Source of the DNA: a virus
Taxonomy: Duplodnaviria > Caudoviricetes
IMG/VR virus record: IMGVR_UViG_3300028586_000061
Span: 1-30,088 of that record
Direction: 5' to 3' (one strand)
DNA length: 30,088 nt
Below, piece after piece: positions 24,133-30,088 of the stretch. The stretch's first letter is position 1; each line of letters begins with the position of its first letter. Both the position numbers and the translations under genes were made by a program. The notes under the pieces were generated by a model that was not told the DNA's origin, did no database searches, and worked only from the letters and a program-made list of their open reading frames with translations.

Positions 24133-24423
24133 ATGACCGAAAGCCCCACCGGCCCGACGCAGATCGTCGCCGTCGCCCCGCCTGCGCGCCCGGGCATCAA
24201 GGAATGGGTGCCCGCCGTTTCGACGTTGGCAGTACTGGCCGGGATGCTGCTCACCGGCGGCAGCTTGATCCAGACCGTCAAGGACACGGCGCTGAAGGTC
24301 GAGAAGCTCGAAAAGCGGGCGGACCTCCGCGACGACCAGCTGCGCGACGTGCAGGTCAAGATCGGCGGGATGGACGCAAAGCTCGACATTCTGGTCGGTC
24401 GGCAGCGCGAGCAGCGGCCGTGA
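24133..24423 (+). CDS. Small membrane protein (one TM plus coiled coil), holin/antiholin-like
   Basis: WVPAVSTLAVLAGMLLTGG hydrophobic stretch, then KVEKLEKR...MDAKLDIL; start of lysis cassette. Confidence 0.6.
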   Translation: MTESPTGPTQIVAVAPPARPGIKEWVPAVSTLAVLAGMLLTGGSLIQTVKDTALKVEKLEKRADLRDDQLRDVQVKIGGMDAKLDILVGRQREQRP

Positions 24424-24671
24424 TCGACGGCGGCCTGCTGCTGATCATGCTCGGCGCGATCGCGCTGGTGGTGATACCCTTGCAGGACGCCATTGCCTAT
24501 CGCCGCTGGGCCCGCACCGCGACAATCGGACAGACCCTGCGCGCCGCGGTGCCGATGGCTGAGCCGACACCCGCGCTCGATCGCCTGGTCATTGAGGCTG
24601 ACGTCGCGATCGCGCGTGACGAGCTGCTGAGCGGTGTCGCCGGCGTCGCCGAGATTTACCGGCGCGGCTGA
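24420..24671 (+). CDS. Small protein with N-terminal TM segment
   Basis: GTG 24420 overlaps previous stop; MIDGGLLLIMLGAIALVVIPL. Confidence 0.55.
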   Translation: MIDGGLLLIMLGAIALVVIPLQDAIAYRRWARTATIGQTLRAAVPMAEPTPALDRLVIEADVAIARDELLSGVAGVAEIYRRG

Positions 24672-24695
24672 CCGCGCCCCCTTCAGGAGACCATC

Positions 24696-25547
24696 ATGAA
24701 ATCCATCGACTGGCGCGAGGCTTCGCGCTGGTGGTCGCTGCGCGTGTCCACGTTCGGCTCCATCCTTTTCGCCGGCATGACGCTCCTGCCCGAGCAGCTG
24801 CTGAGCCTGTGGAATTCGGTCCCGGCCGACATCCGCGCCATGATCCCCGAGCGGGCGAACAACTGGGTCGGGATGATCCTGTTCATCGCGGTGGTGGTCG
24901 CGCGGCTGATCCCGCAGCGGAAGCCCGCCGAGGGCGTGCTGGCGTCGAAGAGCGGCAAGGTGCAGCCGAAGGCCGCCGGCGGGATGGCGACGATCGCGCT
25001 GATGATCGCCGGCGTGATCGCGATCGAGGGCGGGTATGTGAATCATCCCGCCGACCCGGGCGGCGAGACGAACATGGGCATCACCAAGAAGGTGGCGATC
25101 GCCAACGGCTACGCCGGCCCCATGCGGACGCTGCCGCGCGAGGTGGCGCACAGCATCTATTATGGCCGCTACATCGTCGCGCCTGGCTATGAGCCGCTCG
25201 TGTCGATCGATGCCCCGGTCGCCGAGGAGCTGTTCGACACCACCGTCAATATGGGCGCCCCGCGGCCGTCGCGCTGGTTCCAGCTGTCGATCAACGCCCA
25301 GTGCGGCACCCGGCTGATGATCGACGGCCGCGTCGGGCCCGGGACGATCGCCGCCTACCGCGCCTGTCAGGCGAAGGTCGGGGCGACGCAGCTGTGCCGC
25401 GGCACGCTCGACCGGCTCGATACCGCACAAAAGGCGGAATATGCTCGCCTCGTCCGCGTGAACCCGAAGCTCGCGGTCTTCTACCGTGGCTGGGTCGCCC
25501 ACCGGGTCGGCAACGTCGACCGGGCCAAGTGCGCGGTGGCGGCATGA
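24696..25547 (+). CDS. Endolysin (GH108 lysozyme plus peptidoglycan-binding C-terminus) with fused N-terminal holin-like domain
   Basis: AGGAGA RBS; IEGGYVNHPADPGGETNMGIT GH108 motif, LFDTTVNMG, IDGRVGPGT, FYRGWVAHRV; N-term WREASRWWSLR...ARLIPQ with two hydrophobic helices. Confidence 0.9.
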   Translation: MKSIDWREASRWWSLRVSTFGSILFAGMTLLPEQLLSLWNSVPADIRAMIPERANNWVGMILFIAVVVARLIPQRKPAEGVLASKSGKVQPKAAGGMATIALMIAGVIAIEGGYVNHPADPGGETNMGITKKVAIANGYAGPMRTLPREVAHSIYYGRYIVAPGYEPLVSIDAPVAEELFDTTVNMGAPRPSRWFQLSINAQCGTRLMIDGRVGPGTIAAYRACQAKVGATQLCRGTLDRLDTAQKAEYARLVRVNPKLAVFYRGWVAHRVGNVDRAKCAVAA

Positions 25548-26032
25548 TCGGCGCGATCGCCGCCATCACCGGCGTACAGCGCACGGTCGGGCTTGGCCTG
25601 GTCGCGGCGCTGGTGATCGCCACCGGCTGGGGCGCGCGCGTCGACCACCTGCGCGGGCGCTATGCCGACCAGCTCGGCCTCGTCACCGCCTCGATCGAGA
25701 AGGTCACCGGCCGCGCCACCACCGCGGCCGGTGCGCCGATCGCGATCGAGGCGGTCGGCATCCTGCGCGATCGGTACCGACAGGAGCGCGAGGCGGCCCG
25801 GTCGATGATCGAGCTGCAGGCGATCTCGATCCGCGCGCTGGCGGCCGAGAGCGCACGGCAGGCGGCGATCGGCGTCCAGAACCGCAAGCTCGCCGAGGCG
25901 ACGATGCGCGAGCGCGATGCCTGGATCGAGCGGGCCGAGGCGGCCGAGACCCGCACCGCCCGCGCCAGCGCCGAGACCGAGGTCGCCGAATGCGAGCGGG
26001 TGCTGGACGCCCTCTACGCGGACGGCTTCTGA
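25544..26032 (+). CDS. Putative inner-membrane spanin (Rz-like)
   Basis: ATGA-coupled to endolysin; N-terminal TM (VGLGLVAALVIATGW), Ala-rich coiled coil, C-terminal Cys. Confidence 0.68.
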   Translation: MIGAIAAITGVQRTVGLGLVAALVIATGWGARVDHLRGRYADQLGLVTASIEKVTGRATTAAGAPIAIEAVGILRDRYRQEREAARSMIELQAISIRALAAESARQAAIGVQNRKLAEATMRERDAWIERAEAAETRTARASAETEVAECERVLDALYADGF

Positions 26033-26058
26033 CCACCACCCCCACCGGGAGCATTGCC

Positions 26059-26361
26059 ATGAAGACCATCCTCCGGCTCGCCCTGGTGGCGGGCCTGTCG
26101 GGCTGCGCGGCCCACACGCCGGCACCCGAGCCTGCGATCGTCTATCGCGACGCGCCTACCGCGGTCGCGGTCGGCTGTGTCGTCGATCGGCCGGTTGCGC
26201 CGGACGCGCTGCGCGTCCGGGTGCCGGCGGCCGCTTGGGCGCAGCGCGCCCCGGGCGCGAAGGCGCAGGCCGTGCGGGCCCAGGCCGGACGCCGCCTGAA
26301 TTATGAGACCGCAGCCGCGGCCGCGACGGCTGGCTGCGCGGACGCGAAGGGGGATCGCTGA
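26059..26361 (+). CDS. Putative outer-membrane spanin lipoprotein (Rz1-like)
   Basis: GGGAG RBS; MKTILRLALVAGLSG-C lipobox, Pro-rich, two further Cys. Confidence 0.72.
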   Translation: MKTILRLALVAGLSGCAAHTPAPEPAIVYRDAPTAVAVGCVVDRPVAPDALRVRVPAAAWAQRAPGAKAQAVRAQAGRRLNYETAAAAATAGCADAKGDR

Positions 26362-26732
26362 TGCCGCTGCCGCTCCAGACCCCGGTCATGATCCGGCGCA
26401 TGCACCCGCGCGACGTGCTCGATATCTATCCCGTCCTCAACCAGGGCGACGGGTTGATGCATATCCTTCAGCCCGGCGAGATCGTGACCGACTTCGCCGT
26501 CACGTTGAGCGCGGAGGCCGCGGCGATCGGGATGGTGATCGCCACCGGGGCCAACGCTCCACGCTATGCCGCCCTGGTCTTCGCGCTGCAGGCGAGCATC
26601 CTGCCGGCGCGGCGCAACTCCTCGATCTTCGACGGTGCCGGCGTGACGGTGGGCGGGGAGATCAACTTCGCCACCAACCTCGCCAACCGCGAGAAGACCT
26701 ACACCTTCGGCATCAAGGTCGTCCGCAAATGA
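26361..26732 (+). CDS. Putative fibre-tail adaptor-like protein
   Basis: MHPRDVLD...LQPGEIV...TN..REKTYTFGIKV resembles the KDP-x-x-VLDY...GETI...RT-x-x-I-x-V pattern of small phage adaptor proteins; TGATG-coupled. Confidence 0.5.
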   Translation: MPLPLQTPVMIRRMHPRDVLDIYPVLNQGDGLMHILQPGEIVTDFAVTLSAEAAAIGMVIATGANAPRYAALVFALQASILPARRNSSIFDGAGVTVGGEINFATNLANREKTYTFGIKVVRK

Positions 26733-27022
26733 GCGATACCCCATCCATCGCCGGTGGCGTCATCAATGGCACCACTGGCATCGCCGCCTTCATCTTCTAT
26801 GCCGGCGCTGTTGGCATCTGTGAACGCGACGGCATGCGCGAGATCGCGTTCTTCGCCCCGCTGGTGATGCCGGACCTGCCGTCCGAGGGCATCCTAGACG
26901 GCGAGAAGGTCACCGTGATCGACGTCCAGATACGTGATCTAAACCCGGGCGAGCGTACCCGTGGCCGTGATCGCGGCCCCCGCGCCATCATCGCGACGGT
27001 CATCCCGTCGCCGGCAACCTAA
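26729..27022 (+). CDS. Hypothetical protein (97 aa)
   Basis: ATGA-coupled start 26729 (MSDTPSIAGG...), GC3-rich codons. Confidence 0.6.
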   Translation: MSDTPSIAGGVINGTTGIAAFIFYAGAVGICERDGMREIAFFAPLVMPDLPSEGILDGEKVTVIDVQIRDLNPGERTRGRDRGPRAIIATVIPSPAT

Positions 27023-27031
27023 GGATCGCCC

Positions 27032-29689
27032 ATGGCGCTGGCTCCCCTTTCACAGACGATCTTCCTGACCGAGGACGGGTCGGCCGTCCGCGACCCCAAA
27101 CCGGTGACGATCCCGCCGCTATTGGCAGTCCCGTCGGTGACGCTTGGTACCCTGACGCTATCCGCCCGGCTGATGGCTGGGGCCGCGTCGATTGGCACGA
27201 TCATCGGAGCGACGGCAGGGTCGACCGTTTTGAGCGGGATCGCCGGGCTGACTGTCGACAGCGCCGCTAGGACCTATGCGTGGACAGGTGGGAGTGCGGT
27301 GGGTGGCTATCCAAACGGCCTGACCGAGACGCATCCGAACGCGACGAATTCGGGCCGAGCTTCCCCGTTGACGGTTGAGGACGCACCGATCGTGCCCGTT
27401 CCTCTGCCCGACCCGGCGGCAATCGACTGGTCGACCGCAGCCATGATCGGCCATCAGACCGGCACCATCGGATCCTCGTCGCCCGCAGCTGTCATGCGCC
27501 GGACCTTCACGCCCGCGAAGACGGTCGCGCGCGCCACGCTGCAAGCAACGGCCCTCGGCACCTATATCGCCTACCTGAATGGTGCGCGGGTCGGCGATCG
27601 CGAGATGACGCCGGGCTGGACCGATTATACCAAGCGCCGGCATTTCCAGACCTACGATGTCACCAGCATGATCGGGACCGGCGTCAATGCGCTCGGTGTC
27701 GAGGTCGGTGATGGCTGGGCGCATGGCTATATGAGCCTGCGGGGCCGGAACTACTACGGCGCCGACGTGCCCCGCGCGATGGTCGCGCTCCGGCTCGATT
27801 ATGCGGACGGCACCAGCGAGACGATCGTGTCCGATGCCTCGTGGAAGGCGACCACCAGCGATAACCTCGTGAATGACTGGTACAACGGATCGTCTCACGA
27901 CCTCCGGTTGCGTAAGGACTGGTCAAACCCCGCCACCTCGGACGCGGGCTGGGCCAGCCCCACCGTGGTGCAGCCCGGTGCGGTACCGCTCGTCAAGCAG
28001 CCCTCGCCTGCCGCGCGGCGCATGGAGACGATCGCCCCGATCGGCCGCACGAACCCGCGCGCCGGGGTCTATATCTTCGACTTCGGTCTAAATCACGCCG
28101 GGTTCTGCAGCCTGACCGTCAAGGGAGCTGCCGCCGGACAGCAGATCATGCTGCGCCATGCCGAAGACCTGAAGGATGACGGCACCCTCTACACCGCCAA
28201 TCTTCGGGCGGCGCAGGCCACTGACCGCTTCATATCGGCGGGCGGCGGAACTGAAACCTTCGAACCGCGCCATACCTGGCACGGGTACCGCTATGTCGAG
28301 ATCACTGGTTACCCCGGTGTCCCGCCGCTTGACTGCCTGACCAGCAATTTCGTCTATCAGGACGCGCCGCTGGCATCGACCTTCGCCACCTCGTCGCCGG
28401 TCCTGCAAAATTCGTGGGATGCCGCGGTGCTGGCATGGAAGTCGAATGCCCTGACTTTGCCCACCGATTGTCCCCAGCGCGACGAGCGCCTCGGCTGGGG
28501 TGCCGACGCGCACCTGTTCGCCCAGGCCGCTACTTTCGTGCAGGACACCGGGGCGTTCCTCGATAAGTATTGCGACGATCTCGACGACAGCGCGATCGAT
28601 GGCCTGGTCGGCGATGTCGCCCCGCACGTCACCGATGTCGCCCGCGGACGCGCGGGCTGGGGCGAGGCGGCGATCATCATCCCGTGGACGCTCTATCAGG
28701 CGTATGGGGATACCGGCTATCTCAGCCGCCACTGGACGACGATGAAGGCGGTGCTGGGCGCGCTACCGTATGTCGATTTTTACAACGACTATCTGCACCT
28801 CGGCCAGCCAACGAGCCCCGATGTCTTCCGCTATGCCTATGCCTATCACGCGGCGGATATCATCAAACGATCGGCCGACCTGCTCGGCGATGCCGCTACC
28901 TCGGCGACGGCCGCATCCAAGATGGCGTCGTTCTCCGCATCGTGGAATGCCTTCGTGTCCGGTGGCGGGTCGGTCATCGGCAACGAAGCGCAGTGCGGAT
29001 ATATTTTGGGTCTCGCCTTCGGCATCCTGCCAGCCGGGCAGCGCGCTGCGGCCGTCTCGGCGCTGGCGTCCAAGATCATGGCCGACGGGCTAAAGTGCGG
29101 CTTCGTCGGGCTCACGTATCTGCATGACGTGCTGGCGGATGGAGGCCGCCTCGATCTCGCTTATGCGCTGGCCGAGAAGACCACCGCCCCCTCACTCGGT
29201 CATCAGCTTGGCACCGGCCTGACGACGACCGGCGAGCAGTGGGACCCGCGCGGCTTGCGAGGGGTCAACGACGCGGCCAATTCGTACAACCACTATGTGC
29301 GGGGTGCGATATTGTCGTGGATCGCCCGCAGCGTGGCCGGGATCGACGCGGCGTCGCCTGGCTTCGCGACCGTGCTGCTACGGCCGCGGCCGGGCGGTGC
29401 GGCCACCAGCGCCCGACTGACCTATGCCAGCAAAGCCGGGACGATCGCCACCGACTGGTCGATTGCCGGCAACAAGCTGATCTGGTCGTTTACAACCCCT
29501 GTCCAAGCGATCGTCTCGCTGCCGCCGGGCTTCGTAACCACGGGCTTGACCGGCGCGATCGCCCCCGACCCGATCACGGGCGGCGAGCGGTATCAAGTCG
29601 CTGCCGGCAGCTACTCGATCACCGCCACCCTCACCTCAACCTACGTCGCGGCTGGCTATGTCGCGGACGGCTATATTGGAGCCCTGTAA
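27032..29689 (+). CDS. GH78 alpha-L-rhamnosidase with non-catalytic N- and C-terminal extensions
   Basis: AAGGA RBS; ATALGTY..YLNG.RVGD...PGWTDY, QTYDVT, DFGLNHAG, LRHAE, NLRAAQATD, HGYRYVE, PTDCPQRDERLGW, TTGEQW, NSYNHY; no signal peptide. Confidence 0.93.
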   Translation: MALAPLSQTIFLTEDGSAVRDPKPVTIPPLLAVPSVTLGTLTLSARLMAGAASIGTIIGATAGSTVLSGIAGLTVDSAARTYAWTGGSAVGGYPNGLTETHPNATNSGRASPLTVEDAPIVPVPLPDPAAIDWSTAAMIGHQTGTIGSSSPAAVMRRTFTPAKTVARATLQATALGTYIAYLNGARVGDREMTPGWTDYTKRRHFQTYDVTSMIGTGVNALGVEVGDGWAHGYMSLRGRNYYGADVPRAMVALRLDYADGTSETIVSDASWKATTSDNLVNDWYNGSSHDLRLRKDWSNPATSDAGWASPTVVQPGAVPLVKQPSPAARRMETIAPIGRTNPRAGVYIFDFGLNHAGFCSLTVKGAAAGQQIMLRHAEDLKDDGTLYTANLRAAQATDRFISAGGGTETFEPRHTWHGYRYVEITGYPGVPPLDCLTSNFVYQDAPLASTFATSSPVLQNSWDAAVLAWKSNALTLPTDCPQRDERLGWGADAHLFAQAATFVQDTGAFLDKYCDDLDDSAIDGLVGDVAPHVTDVARGRAGWGEAAIIIPWTLYQAYGDTGYLSRHWTTMKAVLGALPYVDFYNDYLHLGQPTSPDVFRYAYAYHAADIIKRSADLLGDAATSATAASKMASFSASWNAFVSGGGSVIGNEAQCGYILGLAFGILPAGQRAAAVSALASKIMADGLKCGFVGLTYLHDVLADGGRLDLAYALAEKTTAPSLGHQLGTGLTTTGEQWDPRGLRGVNDAANSYNHYVRGAILSWIARSVAGIDAASPGFATVLLRPRPGGAATSARLTYASKAGTIATDWSIAGNKLIWSFTTPVQAIVSLPPGFVTTGLTGAIAPDPITGGERYQVAAGSYSITATLTSTYVAAGYVADGYIGAL

Positions 29690-30088
29690 TGGTCGATATC
29701 ATCACCCGCGCCGGCAAGGGCAGTGCCCTGACCTATGCCGAAATGGACGCGAATTTCACCAAGCTGAAGCAAGCGATTGAGGCGCTTCAGCCGATCGCTA
29801 TCAGCTGGACGCCGGCAGACCTCGCGTCGACCGTGGCATGGTGGGACGCATCTGACGCAGGCAGCGTCACCGTGGCCGGCGGCATCGCATCGGCTTGGAG
29901 GGACAAGAAGAACGGGATCGTCGCATCGAACGACGCCGCCAGCCAGCGCCCGGCCTATTCGGCGACCGCGCTTGGTGGAAAGCCCGGTCTGACTTTCGAT
30001 GGTGTCGATGATCGGCTGGCCTTCCCGACCAATGCCTTCCTGCCGATCGGCACCTCGCCCGTCACGGTGCTAATTGTCGCCCGCGCGG
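29689..30088 (+). CDS. Fibre-like protein with LamG/ConA-like domain (partial, runs off window; not in ORF track)
   Basis: TAATG-coupled; MVDIITRAGKGSALTYAEMDANFTKL then WTPADLASTVAWWDASD...WRDK...RPAY...GGKPGLTFDGVDD; no stop before 30088. Confidence 0.8.
   Translation, partial: MVDIITRAGKGSALTYAEMDANFTKLKQAIEALQPIAISWTPADLASTVAWWDASDAGSVTVAGGIASAWRDKKNGIVASNDAASQRPAYSATALGGKPGLTFDGVDDRLAFPTNAFLPIGTSPVTVLIVARA

Larger units (their letters stand above)
1..30088 (+). mobile_element. Lambda-like temperate siphophage/prophage (replication, packaging, head, tail, lysis, accessory fibre module); extends beyond both window edges
   Basis: Canonical co-oriented order terS-terL-gpW-portal-protease/capsid-tail tube-chaperones-TMP-tail tip-lysis; no sheath gene; no host housekeeping genes or att sites visible. 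Confidence 0.97.

Noticed and set aside
29777-29992. Track ORF of 71 aa
   Set aside because: Out-of-frame overlap with the better-supported open frame starting at 29689

Overview
This is a GC-rich, lambda-like temperate siphophage or prophage segment. All credible genes are on the + strand and most are translationally coupled (TGATG/ATGA overlaps). The host is probably an alphaproteobacterium (Sphingomonadaceae-like), inferred from gene styles only. Gene order: replication region (small protein ending in a QLSLF clamp motif, HTH/DnaA-N initiator with internal palindromic iterons, LexA-N-like HTH protein, putative late regulator); promoter plus terminator; three small accessory genes; a lambda-like cos region; TerS, TerL, gpW, portal, ClpP-capsid fusion, DUF2190; head-tail and tail genes with a -1 frameshift chaperone pair; tape measure; tail tip genes, including a gpJ-like protein with eight 36-aa repeats; lysis cassette with an apparent holin-GH108 endolysin fusion and two spanin-like genes. 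A post-lysis module follows. It contains an adaptor-like gene, a full-length GH78 alpha-L-rhamnosidase with phage-like terminal extensions, and a truncated fibre/LamG-like gene. That module is the best candidate for an undescribed system: a virion-displayed rhamnosidase. No rRNA, tRNA, CRISPR array, integrase or transposase was seen. All family assignments come from motif recognition by eye, not database searches.
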